A DNA stretch of 61,429 bases, filler included, from Ionaspis alba (taxonomy: Eukaryota): NCBI GenBank assembly GCA_964255285.1. It is 6 parts of 6 records of this genome, joined end to end, with 100 filler letters (N's around TTAATTAATTAA, not from the genome) between each part and the next. Parts side by side here need not be neighbours in the genome. Positions count along the whole stretch, not along the records: positions 20,573 to 30,727 come from CAXUUL010000619.1; positions 30,828 to 40,972 come from CAXUUL010000620.1; 4 more parts are not named here. One strand, 5' to 3'. Shown here one piece after another: positions 23,687-36,764 of this stretch. The position numbers were made by a program, and so were the translations under genes. Under the pieces are notes generated by a model. It ran no database searches. It was not told where the DNA came from and worked only from the letters and a program-made list of their open reading frames with translations. The stretch's first letter is position 1. Each line of letters starts with the position of its first letter.

Positions 23687-24772
23687 CTAAAGCCATCGAA
23701 AGTAAAGAGGCATTCCCTCTTCTGTACTAGAACAGACGAGTTTTCTCCATTTCCGTTCGGCGTTGAGCCAGTTTCCTTTGCTGGCCAGTTTAGTGGGATG
23801 ATAAAATTGACCACTTTACCAGAAAGGTCATAGGAGCGGCCTGATACCGGGCCATAGCCTACAGGTACAATGCTGGTATCAAGTCAAGGTCACAATAGCT
23901 AGACTCGATTAAGATTCAACGCCTGCATGATGCCGGGTGCGGGACGATATCGAATACGAGGAGTTTAAGCATCATTACCCCAGCATCCTCGTACATTATG
24001 TATGTAGGAAGTGCAGGTACAAACATGCGAAGAATAACAGCCATGAACTATCGATTCCAAGATTCATTCTTGGTCTGCGGAACTGGCTCCCTCGATGCAT
24101 TAAACATCATCCTATACTCCATTCGCTCTGCGACAAGAAACCCGCATTTCATCATCAATCGCCCTCCCATCCATGCCACGAAACGATGATTCCTCCCATC
24201 CATCTCTCTCCTATCATGCACATCCACAAAATAGAATTCAAAGTAATCGCCACCATCCACCCTTCTCATTCAGAAAAAAGGACGCACAGAAGTTTTTTGG
24301 GACACGAAAGATCAAACACCATCAGACTCGCACACAATCTCTACCCCACTAGAATAGTGCCAAAGCAAATGTCCCAAAGACGCCTCCTACAACAGAGACA
24401 CGAATTGCTGTATCCAGAACGCCCCGATATCCAAATGCCTTCCATGTCATCACGCGCGCATAGTAAGCAGATCCAGATTCGATAGCTATCGTGAAGTAAG
24501 TTAGGCCCGGGAGAAAAAAGTTCTGATGGAGAGCGCAAGTTAACGCCGAAGCCAAGGCTGATCCCGCAAAAGACGTAGTTGGAGATGTAGGCAGGATCAT
24601 GCGTATGCGGAAGAAATTGTTCGCAGGGAACAAGGATGGTTGGGAGAGGCGAGTCGCAGGATCCAATTGATGTCCCGGCGTAAGAAGAGGGGTGACTAGA
24701 CGCCGCCTCGATACGTAAGAAGTGAAGTGTGATGGAGGGATTATCGCGGTTATACTGCGTTTGCGTAGCAGT

Positions 24773-27700
24773 TTATCCAGCACCCGTGACGCTCATAGGA
24801 CCTGGACCGTTGTGCTGTTTTCCCCACCCAGATTGCCTGTGGCTGTGGCGCGTATTAGGGGAGCCGTAGCTGGCAGCGCTCTCGCTGCTGCCTGCCCGCT
24901 GGTGGTACGGGCTATTCGAGTTCGAGAACTCGAAGGTCGGCTGCGGGGGTGTGTTTTGATTTGATGAAGACGGGTAGGGGGAGGCGCCATTGCCTTGGAC
25001 ATGCCGAACGGAGGATTCTTTTTGCCAAGCATGCGCTTGCTGGGGGTTGGTGTCCACCTGGGTGTAGACTGGAGCGGGATTGCGGCCACTGCGGTTGGTT
25101 TCGCGATCGCGGAGAGGAGGCATGTCGGTATTGGTGGTAGGAGTTTTGGGAGAGGATTTATCGGGAGAGCGGACGACTTCGCCATAGCGTTTGAGAATCT
25201 CCTTGGTGGTTATGTCGGAGCTGTTATTATAGAGGGCGGTATCGTTGAGGATGGATTGGATGTCTTCCGGGACCTAGGCACGCTGTCAGTATAAGGACGG
25301 AATAAGATGGAATGAGGAACTACGTACTTCAGACATCTGGTCGTTGCATTCTATCAACATGTTGACTGCTTCGATGGCGAGAAAGCTCTCATCCATTCCT
25401 GGACCTCGAGAATCTGCCCGAAGTATATTAGGAGTTATGACAGTCGCAATGTTGTGCGTGTCCATTTTGCTTCCGGATTCCTCATCAACTTGTGAAAAGG
25501 AGGCAGCCCAGTTTAGAAATGCGAATAGCACCTCCACAGAATCTCGATGACTCTTAGGTAGTAAGCAGCAAGTCAGATGAAGTACCCTTGTTTTCTTCTC
25601 GTCATTGCCAATCTCTGCAAAGTCTATTAGCTTGTTCCTGCATTCGATATTCTGGTGGTGGTCTCTTACTCTGCGAGGTTGTGAAAAGCTCATGAAGCTT
25701 GTATGTTAGGAGAGGATCAGGTAGCTCTCTCAGAAATTTTTTCAGGAGTGCCGCCACTTGAACAGGATTCTCTTTCGAAAAATCAACATCTTGCTCCTTC
25801 CCATCAATTTTCTCGGCGAGGTCCTTGAGGCCACGGATGTTGCCATTCTTGCGGAATACGCCCTCCACTGACATGTCCATCTGTCGCATGGCCGAGATTG
25901 TGTCGTCGAGCAGTGATGGAACACGAAGAGCTCCTGGACCAACACCATAAGTCGACTCCACGCCATCTTTCTCAACCAGAGTGTCAAGCGTGACACCAAA
26001 GACGCCTTTCTTCTTGCCACTCTTTGCCTTATCGTTCTTGAAAGCTTTGCCAAACTTGCCCCAGAAAGTTGGCTTCCTTGATTCGATCAGGCTTAAAAGG
26101 TCCTCGAGATTGAAATGACCTTCAAGTAAGGGCTGCATTTGAAGTACAGCAATGTGCCGGACAATAAAATACTCAAGTGCTGACAGCTCCGAAAAGTATC
26201 TTTTGGTTCTGGGGTAATCACCTCCAGCAGGGCTATCATTACCCCCGTTAACATCTCTTTGGTGCCCGCCAATTAATTTGGGCTGCCTTCCGCTCGACAG
26301 AAGCTGGTTTCGTGCATGTTTGTAAGCATTTGGCCGTTGCTCCTTTGCTTGTTCTGCAGCGACTATACGTGGAATATCATCGAGTGTCAAAGCGTCTTGG
26401 TGTCCAAACTTGAGATCTGTCGTTCCATCACCATTGATATCCCGATCTTCCTCAATGCGGAATCCATTCTTGTATTGAAATGGATTGCTTAGACCGTTTG
26501 CGATGCTTTGCCCTTCAGGCCCATCAATGATCCTCGACGTCCTAGCCTTCTTGATTGTGGTCGAAAGATGTTTGTCCATCCTTGTAGATCGGTACCGTTT
26601 CATTTCTCCGACAGTCTCTTCGTACGATGACGGAGCTTGGTCGTTCGTTGAGGTTCCGCCGTACGATTTCGATCTGGACTCTGGACTAAGCAAGCCATTT
26701 GGATGCCCACTATCAGATGCAATGCGATGACCCTCATTTGAGTCGTAATGAGACAGATTGGGATCGTCTACATATATTTAGAGAGTCAGAAAGCAGAAGA
26801 CAGAAGCGCTTACCTGAGGTGTGCGGCAATGTGCCTGCAGATCGAAGTACCGAAAGAAGCCTTGCCAGAGCGACTCTCAAGAGATAGACGAAGTGCTGAA
26901 GTCTTGTAGTGTGCTCGAATCCGGTCACCACATCTATTGCGTCGTGATTTGAGACTGAACACTTAGCACACCATGCCTTCTGTTCTCTATCGCTCCAGGT
27001 CGCATTCTCCAAGTCTTCAACATCACCCATATTCCGACGACAGGAACTGCATTGTAAATGGTCTGGATGCCATCTTAACTCGCCTATCTTGAGGCATTCA
27101 TCGTCGATGGGGCGCTGACACCACTGGCACAAGTCTGCTTGCTCTGCAGCAAGAGTGGAGTCTCTGTCGGTGGAGTCCAAGGAAGGTTCTTGGTCCTTGA
27201 TGGTCGCAAGATGACTTAACTCGCTCAGGAAATTGTGGAGACCTTCCGTGTTCTGCTTTTCTCTTTCGATCTTCAATGCCCCTTGTAGACTGATCCTGAT
27301 CAGTAGCTTGAGATAATGGGCAAGACCAGTAACGAGTGAGAGAAGTTCTTGAGTGACACCTAGTCTCCGAACTCCGGATTCCGCAGTTTTCGATAATAGG
27401 CTGAAGAACGCCACGATTTTCTTGCACAGTAATTTGGCTTCACGACCGTAGGAGAGACCTACGAAGTTAGCCAATGTCTTGGTATTTTCAACAGATTCGC
27501 CTACCATCGTATCCTTCCGATATGACTGTTCGGTCCAGATGATCCGTGGCCGCGAAAAGAATGTCCACGTGCCAAATAAACTTCTTGGCCACCAGAACGC
27601 CATCAACGTAGGCACCATTGCTGACTTGGAGCAGCATTTCTGAGATACAGGACGCAGAAGACTCTTCAAAGGACGATAAAACACTCCAGATCTTATAGAC

Positions 27701-28679
27701 CCTCTCTTCCATTTGCTCCTCTTCTTCACGCACCCGTACTCGTTGTTCTTCTGTAACATCTGTATCGAAGACTGGCCTCTTGACTTGGTCTTGTCCCGAG
27801 CTCACCAACCTGACATTCCAGAATTTGTGAATCATGTAACATTCAGGGTGCCAATGCTGGTTTTGTCCGTTCCTGAAAATCTCTACAAACTGCTTCAAGA
27901 TTGCCGTATGGCAGCCATTACATCTCTGTGCGAATCGGGTCGAATAGTGGAAGTGGCAGTAGACTTTGCCTTCGTGTTCGTAATAGCTGTCTTTAGCACC
28001 GAAAGCTGTAGGACAAACCGAGCAAGTGAAGTGATCAATGTGGTACTTGTGGTCGAGAGCTGTGACATAGGAGCCTCGCAAAGCACCTCCGCAATTTGAG
28101 CACAGCAAATCGAGCCGACGGAAGTAATCGGTCTCGCACAGTGGATATTGAGCTTCACCATTCTCGCCGTCAACTGGGAAAAATTTCGAAGCAACGACCT
28201 GTCCACAGTCCTAGACAGGAATTAGTATTAATGAAGCGAATTACGGTTGAAAGCGGATGTACCTGGCATTTGAAACATTCGAGATGGAACGTGCCTCCGA
28301 GCGCCCTCACAAATTGGCCGGTCAAAGCCTCTCCGCATTTGTTGCAAATTCGCTGGCTGGGCTTTCTGTCGTCCGTGCCACCGTTGACTCGAGGCTTCTC
28401 CTGGCTGACCGTGTTTTTCGTCATATCCCTTTCCCTCCCGCCTCGGCCGTTCGGAGGTGATAAAGGCACGCTCCCGTTCGATCCGTTTCCGTGTTGCGGA
28501 ACAGAATCCGTGATTCGTTGCGTTTGGGTATTGGTATTATTGTACCCGAGACCACCAATATTCATCGACTGAACACCACCTTCGAGATCGCCTTGGGGAG
28601 CAGGTATGTTCCGAGCACCATGATCATTTCCAGCGCTTCGAGCGTCCAAGGAGGCCCTGCCTTCAAACTGTGAACCCAT
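24773..28679 (-). CDS. LRG1: LIM-domain Rho GTPase-activating protein (Lrg1 / S. pombe Rga1 type), multi-exon
   Basis: LIM motifs CNKC...FHLECFKC, CSNC...YHIDHFTC and CQWC...WHPDHLQC. RhoGAP segments VEGVFRKNGNIR, LLKKFLRELPDPLLT and SKMDTHNIATVITPNIL. The last exon VPEDIQ...SVTGAG* ends at 24773. Confidence 0.93.
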
Positions 28680-29586
28680 TGCCGTGTTTATTCCAAGCCG
28701 TATCGAGGGTGTCGCTGCCCCGCCGTCGTCATGACAGGTCAGTCAGGGGTTTCTGCCCAATTCCTAGTAGCGGCACAGCTTATAAATAGCTCTGGTGCGA
28801 TTGTTGAGGGCGTGGTAAATACTCTGGGAAAATTGGGATGGCCAGCGACTATTGCAGGAAGTAAGTCGGATCGTGATTGCGCGACAGCGTGGGAGGAGAA
28901 ACGATTGCGCCCGTCTCGAGGAATCGAGTGAGTGCGACGTCAGCAATAAGCCTGGAGGCGAAAGCGAGAGCGTAGTGAAGAGACTCGGATACTGTTAGAC
29001 AACTTGTAGAAGTAGAGGCGTTAGGCTCGTCGAATATCCAAGGTACAGGAGCAGCCATCATTAGGCTCTGGAGGACGCCGGAGCGGAGTTTCTATGCTTC
29101 CGATCACGTGGTAAGAATATCAATAACATTACTCGGGTATTGTTCTCATGTAGTGGTGAAGAATGGTCTTGGATCATGACGTTCTGGAAGAAGCAGATTA
29201 AAAAAGGCCTTACTAATCTACTTGGAGTTATCTCAACGATACATTCCACACATCTACCACGTACGAGGTACGATTGCTATGAGAGCAAAGGTGTAAATCA
29301 CAACTAATTTGTGTATTACTCCCCTCAAAACTACCTGCTGTCTGGTTTGAGTACTCAATAATTGAAAGTGTTTGGTGGCCCTACCCGTAAAGGCTCGGCA
29401 CGTTGTATTGATCATCTGTAACACGAACGCGATATGCCCATTGCTACAACACCACGGAACTATCTTTTTCGTTCTTCTTAAACACTCGCTCAATCTTGTT
29501 TCACTGTCTGTTGTTCAGACAGTCAAGCGAAAAAACCATAGTCTGTGCTGAATGTGTGCTCTCTCCTTGCAGCTTCCGAAATCACG

Positions 29587-30727
29587 ATGACAATCTTCGA
29601 TAATCTTGAAGTGAACATCTTGATAAATGGTGAAACTCTAGTAGAATTCATCGGTACACCGAATTCAACTTACTTCGCAGATTCGAGAGTGAGGTAAATC
29701 AAAGCCGCCGAGAAGACTCGAGTTGCTTTCAAGGTCGTTGTCGGCAGGAATTTCCCTAGGTATGATGCAACGAAACTTCTTGTCACCATGGTCTTAGGTG
29801 GTGTGGAGATACTGAGTGAGATGGATCGACCTCTCATGAATGGTATTGCCTTCGAAGCTTCTTGGGAGTACACGCTTGATGAACAAGAGAGGATCACCGA
29901 AAACTTTAGCTTCGATACTTTCCGCAAATGTATGTATCAGATCCCTCCTCAGTTGAGTAATCGTATCAAATTACTGATGCAAGGCCACCAGGGCAGAAGA
30001 ACAAGCAACTAAGGCCCCAGTTCAAACCGTTCGAAGAGTCTCACAATGCGTTGATCATCGAGATCCAACATGCGGAGGAAGGTCTGAAGATAGTACCCGA
30101 AGATCTTGCATTGCAATATGAGACGGTCATGAGAACCTACAAATACATCTATCGATATCTGCCTTCAGGTACAGTTAAATGCATATGTTCGCAACTCCGA
30201 CATTAATGCATAATAGATGAGCTTGAAAAGGCTATATCTGAAGAGAACTCAGTAGTGGCACCAGAATGTACCGAAGAACCTCAACCGCAGTCGGGCGCGA
30301 ATACAGTCTAGGATGAGGATCATTCAATTGAGGGAATACGAAACACGAACGAGGAAAAGCTTGAGGAGGTGAGCAACACAGTATCTTTGCTCCGGAACAG
30401 CCAGAAGAACGCCACAAGTGTGATTATCCTACACCCCTAGATACAAGGAACCTGGGTAACAAAAAAGAATCGAATACATACAGGCAGGAGATTGAAAGAG
30501 ATTCTTTGTCTTCCGTGAAGCATAGACGGGGGCCAAGGAGAGCAGCAAGACTCGGTAAGAAGGATGAGCTTCTGCTGCAGGTATTTGAACAATTCTAATG
30601 CATCTTAGCTTGCTAAAGCATCAACGACTATCGAAGCAAGTGCGGGAAGAGCAAGAGGAAAGCGGAAACGATGAGCTTCTCAAGCATTTCAGCAGCAAAC
30701 AGAGTAGGAAAATGTCGATTGTTCCGG
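29587..30727 (+). pseudogene. Probable pseudogene of a fungal uncharacterised family (DUF7918-like), running into the scaffold end
   Basis: MTIFDNLEVNILINGETLVEF...SRVR*IKAA has an in-frame TAA at 29695-29697, where this family typically reads RYIEA. The frame continues into ORF 29788-30012. Later YKYIYRY and intron-like GT/AG signals appear, with further stops. Confidence 0.55.
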
Positions 30728-30827
30728 NNNNNNNNNNNNNNNNNNNNNNNNNNNNNNNNNNNNNNNNNNNNTTAATTAATTAANNNNNNNNNNNNNNNNN
30801 NNNNNNNNNNNNNNNNNNNNNNNNNNN
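30728..30827. other. Artificial scaffold-joining linker
   Basis: N44-TTAATTAATTAA-N44. Confidence 0.98.
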
Positions 30828-32403
30828 GCAGCTTCACCCACATTTCCGTTTGCCGCAGCACCGTTCGCCTCGCCTTTGCTACCCCAGTAGTCCTCCCTAT
30901 CAAGGGTCAGTACCTTGCTTAACATTCTCTCATACGTGGTCCAGGGATGAGGGAAAATTTGAAACTCACATCTCCTTATCCAACTCCTCCTGCGTCATCC
31001 TCGGCCTTCCACCAACCATCATCCTACCCTCTTCTCTCCTGCCCGCCCCACGGCCTCTATCACCACCATCTCTTCCACCCCTTCCCCTCCTCCTCACCGG
31101 CGACCTCGACCGACTCAACCTTCCTCCTTCGCCCCCAGGCACGTAACGATCCACGCCTTCGGGTGGAGGTTTCCTGACGTCACTTCTCCTTGGCGCGCCA
31201 GGGCTTCGACTGCGATCACGGCCTCTATCCCTACTGCCCCTTGGCTCCTCAATCCTGTCGAACAGACTGCGCGAAGGTTTGATGGCATAGTCGAACGGGT
31301 TGCGCGTTGCTGCGGGACGGTTCGCATTCGGCGTGGGAAGCAGGGTGAGGCGGATAGGCTGCCCATTAGCATTCGCGCCGTCGAATTCTCGGATAGCGGC
31401 TCGGGCGGAGGTGACGGAGGCGTAGGATACGAAGGCTGTGCCGGTGGAGCGGCCGGCGCGGTCGAAGCGGAGGGAGAGGGAGGTGATAGGGGCGATGCGG
31501 GTGAAGAGGTCCTGGGCAAGGCGTTAGTGGTAATGGGTGTTGAAGAGGGGCTGGGGACTTGTACGTCGAGGTCGTCTTCTGTTAGGTCGTAATGGAGGTT
31601 GTCGACGCGGAGCTTAGCGTTTTGTTGGGGGATCCTGGTATGACACTCAGAAAGGAGATTCGGGACAAGTCCTAGCAGAAGGGGAAGCTCACAGGTCTGC
31701 TTCGGGTGAGTAGCGATCTTGGTTGCGACGACCTCTAGGGCCACGGGTAGGTCGGCGGGCTTTGCGAAGGTCAATCATGGATCGTACTCTCAATCCACTG
31801 CTGATGCCTACATTCTGGATCGTCTTCATATTTGTCATGAAGCCAATCGCTAGATCATCCAACAGTCAGCCCTTCTTAGCCGTATGCCCCGAGATGTCAT
31901 TACGTACGTGTCGATGTTATTGTCGTCTCTAGCATTGTTCTGTAGCACGATAGAGGAGCGGCCTAGGTCAGCGTTTTGTCAAGCAGGATGTTAAGCAGCA
32001 TCGCATAGTATCGAATTTTAGATCCGTTGGCTAGCTTTGATGTGGCTATAGAGGATGCGGCTTGGAGGCGAGCTTAGAGGAAGGAGGTGGAAGAACCTGG
32101 GTAAGCTGCTGTTAGTTCAGCTCATCATTGATAACATGGGTCCAATCCAGAAGTATCAATCAGGCTGAGAGTACTGGTATCTCAGGCGATGGGAGGAAAA
32201 GTTTTATACCTTTCTTGCGCTATCACGCGTCCAATTGTTTCGACGGCGATTTCTTCCTCCACGATTCTCCGTATCCTGTTCAGAGTATCTGTTAGGTCCT
32301 GTGCCTTAAATCTAGATTTTCTGGTCGAGTGTAGGCAGTCAAGGCTGGCAACGGATTATCATACATGTCGTTCACCAATGACTTCATCTAACGCGCGGTC
32401 CAT
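30828..32403 (-). CDS. ALY/Yra1-family mRNA export adaptor (N-terminal UBM, RRM, RGG, C-terminal UBM), 3' end cut by the scaffold edge
   Basis: Exon 1 is MDRALDEVIGERH (ATG 32403). Later exons give DWLHDKYEDD, the RRM KLRVDNLHYDLTEDDL, an RGG tract and RPRMTQEELDKEM|EDYW. Confidence 0.85.
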
Positions 32404-32967
32404 ACTAGGTGGTCCCGCTTCAAGAAGCTTAAACGGCGTCTGACGGGGTGCTTTGGTCGAAGTCACTAAGAGCTGGCAGTTCGAATCTCAAGATTGTCTT
32501 CTTGATACTGACAGGAGATCGTGAAGCGTAGAAGGAGTTGCTGGAGGAGCTTCGTGATCCTTCAGCCAACTCGGTACTAGCCGAGACAACTAAGCGTGTC
32601 TAGCGTTAGTCTGGAGTGCAAGCGAAAGTAGCGTGACAGTTCTTGGCGCTATAGATCGAGTCGCTTTCCACGCTGGCGAAGACGGGAAACATATGGTTTG
32701 AGTCGGTCAACTCACTCTCTGGAGCTTGTCCATTTTACAGCTCTAGGCACGCACTGTGTTTCACTCATGGTCGGTGGAACTTTCACCAATCGTGTCTGCT
32801 TAACTCGTATCTAAACTACAGTACAGTTCACAAGTTTAACCAAACGAACATGTACTATCTACCAAACGCACAATCATAACGCCGGGTATCAAGTATAATC
32901 AACCAGACCCTTCACAGACATCCCCTTCTCCTATTCAATCATAGACATATGGAGATATATATTGTAA

Positions 32968-34436
32968 TCAGAAATCCTTGAAAGCATCCCCGTATTCTCG
33001 TTCCATATCAGCAGTAAATATGCTGTCACTCTCTGGTGCAGGATCGTATTCGTCGAAGTTGCTCGCGTCAGCCGAATGGCTCACCCTAGGTACGATAGGT
33101 CCTTTAAACCGTCTATAATACAGGGCGTCCCAGTCGACGCCGTTGAAGAATGGGTGTGATTTAATTTGGTTTGCACCGTCCGAGAGGTTCCCAAGACGTT
33201 CAGACGGGTTCAGCGTACAAAGACCTGCGATCAAGTCGCGGGCATCGCGGCTCATGCCTTGAGGGTATTGGACCTTCCCTTCTACGATCCTAGTTCGTTC
33301 ATGTTAGATAACAAGACCATGGTACGTAGACGGTGGGATACACACTTGCTGTATATATTCATGGGATTCTGGTCCCAGAAGGGGGGTTGGCCAACGAGAA
33401 ATTCGTACACTAGGATTCCAAAAGCCCACCAATCGACAGCCATACCATGACCTGTGTTCTTGATGACCTCGGGAGCTAGGTATTCTGGTGTTCCGCAGAG
33501 TGTGTATGTTTCCGCTGCCCCAAAGTGTCAGTATTGCCAATAAGTAGACCGACCGCATGATTACTGACTGTTCCCAATCTTCTTTGCGAATCCAAAATCG
33601 ACCAATTTCAGATGTCCCTCCGCGTCTATTAATATATTCTCGGGTTTCAAATCCCGATACGCAATCTCCTCTACACTGTGCAGGAAATCCAATATTAATA
33701 CAATCTCTGCGGCATAAAAGCGTGAGGTAGTTTCGCTGAATCGTCGTGCTCTTCGTAAATATGTAAAGACTTCGCCACCAGGGCAATAGTCAAGCTAGCC
33801 TGCATTAGCATACTGCAAATAACATACAACACATCACATACTAGCATGTACAAGCATTCTCGATCCGAGAACGTAGTGATCAGGGTGGTTATGAAGGGAT
33901 GGCCGGCGACCACGGCAAGGGTTGCACGTTCATTTCGGATGTGTTCGACCTGCTTAAGTCGAATAACTATCCGGAACATCAGCCTGTGTCCACTCTTCGA
34001 CCGTGACAGATGCAGACGGGCTCACTATCGACTTTGCGCAGGATCTTGAGGGCAAAGACCTTGTCTCGATCTTCGGGAGCGGGATCGGCCAGTCGGGTGA
34101 GCCATACGCGAGCAAAGGTGCCTGCAATTAAGGATAAGCGTAATGTTCGAGAGTATGGTTGAAAGGTAACATTGGTAATTAATGTGCCATACCAGTACCG
34201 AGGGTTTTAATCAACTCGAAGTCCTCCACTCGAAGTTGAGGGGAAGACTCCCCTAGATGCTTGTTCCTGGGGTCTTGTGCAATCTGCGAGGGCGAGAGCG
34301 GTCTCTTGTTCTGCTTGTACTGCGCTATGAACTGCTTCTCCTCCTCTCCCCTTTCGTCATCACGCGGTTCCGGCTGGCTGGGTGCATTACTGCTGCGCAA
34401 GGGGGAAACCATTTTTTTCAGCGCAGCAGTTGCCAT
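32968..34436 (-). CDS. cAMP-dependent protein kinase catalytic subunit, secondary (PkaB/PRKX-like) type, multi-exon
   Basis: [60 protein letters not shown] and AGC tail DASNFDEY...FKDF*. Confidence 0.9.
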
Positions 34437-35114
34437 TGTGTAATGGGCTTCTCGTTGCGTAGAAGCAATGCATCCCAGAAGAAAGATTGTGCGAGCAAGA
34501 GAACAAAAACAAGGACGAGCGCCTTATGTTGTTGGGGTACCAGGCAAAAATGCCCTCCCGTTCTGGATTGAGCTGGTGGTCCTTTGGGGCAGGAGGGGGC
34601 ATCCCACCAATGACGTCGTAGCGTGATTGCGATTCGCGGAACCAAAGCCTCTAGCCCTAATCTCGACATCTCCGAGATGCCGGCTATCTCATATATATCG
34701 CTTCTCCAAAATAATGTCGAAAGCAGCCCAGGATACAAAGTGCCGTTTCTGTAATGCGCATTCAACAACAGCGTCTGTTAGTCTGACGCCGATGATCTTT
34801 GGGGAAGGTGACTTGGGCGCTTGCAAAGAATGTAATCAGATTTGATGCAAGCAGAACGCGCTTTGGATGCTGATCAATATCTTTGATTTGCTTGTCACTG
34901 ACGGAGAACGAGCACAAAGCACTGTCTGCTACGATGCTAGTTCTTCCATGACTTCTCTTGAATGGATTCCAATATAGTATTGTCCATAGATGAAACTTAA
35001 TGATGCCATAAGCCTCCAATTCTCCGAACACCTTTGAAATGCGGAGATCTTGTTTTCCACCCTAGCTATGATACAGCAATCGCTCGTAGCCTTGTACGCG
35101 GTCTCTTTCCCCCA

Positions 35115-35969
35115 CTATTCAGCTCGTGTATTGAGAATCAAAGCAACGATGAGACTAGCAAAGATCAGCTTCTGTGAGCACATGTGTGAAAGGCCAGATT
35201 CGTGTCGCATACCCGTATAGACCAAGCACTTCTCCAAAAATCAGGATCAATACCATACCGACGAATATGCGCGATTGAACCATGTACGACCGAACACCCT
35301 GGATATCATTAATGCCATCCGCCTACTACCTTAAGGTTCTTGCTTCCATACCATATCACCGACTACTCCGATAGCATAGCCAGCTGCCATGCCGGTCAGG
35401 CCCACAGACAGGCCAGCGGCCAAGTGCATAAATCCACTATAAGCAAATGTGAGCCATCTGATTCGTACGACTGTAGCCATCAACCTACTTATACAAACTA
35501 TACCTCTTCGCCGGATCGATGTCCGAAGCCAAGAGCACGGCGATGACGAGCGAGTATACCGCAATAATACCAGCCATGACAACGGGAATCAAGCACTATC
35601 GGCGTACTAATATCAGTAAACGTACTTCTTGTTCCATCGTGAGGCTGCTGACCTTCATGATTAGGTCTGGTCTGAACGTCCCTACTCCTGCGATCCCCAT
35701 GCCTGATTTGGCCGTGCCATAGGCAGCTCCAGCGCCTGTCATTGGTAAGCCTCCATCTTCAGTTATTCAACCAAGCCAACGTACAGCCGAATATCATCTA
35801 TAGAAACGTTAGCAAGTCGCCCGACCTTGGAGGGAGGATTGAAGACAAACCGCAAATGCAATGCCACCCTGCCCAGTAGATTAGCATATATTCAATGGAG
35901 GATAGCAAGGTATGAACTCACCATGCCAAAGAAAGGCGCAAACTTGGGAGCTAGTTCACTGTCCGCCAT
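35115..35969 (-). CDS. VMA11: V-ATPase V0 proteolipid subunit c'; 8 exons including 18-nt and 13-nt micro-exons
   Basis: Spliced product [38 protein letters not shown]...[19 protein letters not shown]...[24 protein letters not shown]. Confidence 0.92.
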
Positions 35970-36764
35970 AACTGATGTGCAGTCCTCAAGTATGAAAGTC
36001 GTTAACACTCAGGCCAAGCAGAGTTGGGACAATAGAAGTGGATCGTTGATTCTGGACCAGTGGGTATCAAGCTCTTTCTCCGCAACGGTTGTATTGCTGC
36101 CCAGGGAGGACTTGCCACCTCTCCCAAAGTGTAGTCCGTAGCTGAAAGGTGCTCTCCAGAGTCTTCGATTGACAGGTGATTCAGAGAGAGGCGTGAGCGA
36201 AATAGGTACTTGAATGGTAGTGTGAATGAGGTAGCACCTATGCTAAATGCATGTGTAATCTGCCCGAAGCCAAAAGTGACATGGATTTCCCAACTCCTCG
36301 CTTGCGATGGCCCCGAAGTCATCCATCGTTCTTCTACGTTCGAGAATCTAAAGCCTATGACGTTCCGGGTCTTGGGAATTTCCATTGCGAACCTTTAGGA
36401 TCTATCTGGTAATTGATCTAGGCATAAGAATTGCGATCCGGAAGTCTTCCCGGAAAACCTCTCGTGGTATCGTACTCCCGACGTCCGCTCCTTGATCTGT
36501 TGAGCGCCTCAGGTACGGGAACTGGCATGAGAAAACTTTCGAAGACTCCACATCTACCTTGTCTACTCTCTGGCTTATACTAATAGAGTGCTGGCAGTAA
36601 CTGATGCCAGGACTAGAATACCTTGCGCTGGCGCAACTCATGCAAATATCCTCGGAACATCTCACGATCACGTCCACTTTACGACGAGCCAAGACCTTGT
36701 TTAAAATATCTCGCTGAGACAAAAATCTACTGCTGAGTATTTCACGTATGGTTCTCGATGCGTG

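Noticed and set aside
23937..24783. Several 60-180 aa ORFs downstream of LRG1
   Set aside because: No motifs; consistent with 3' UTR or intergenic sequence.
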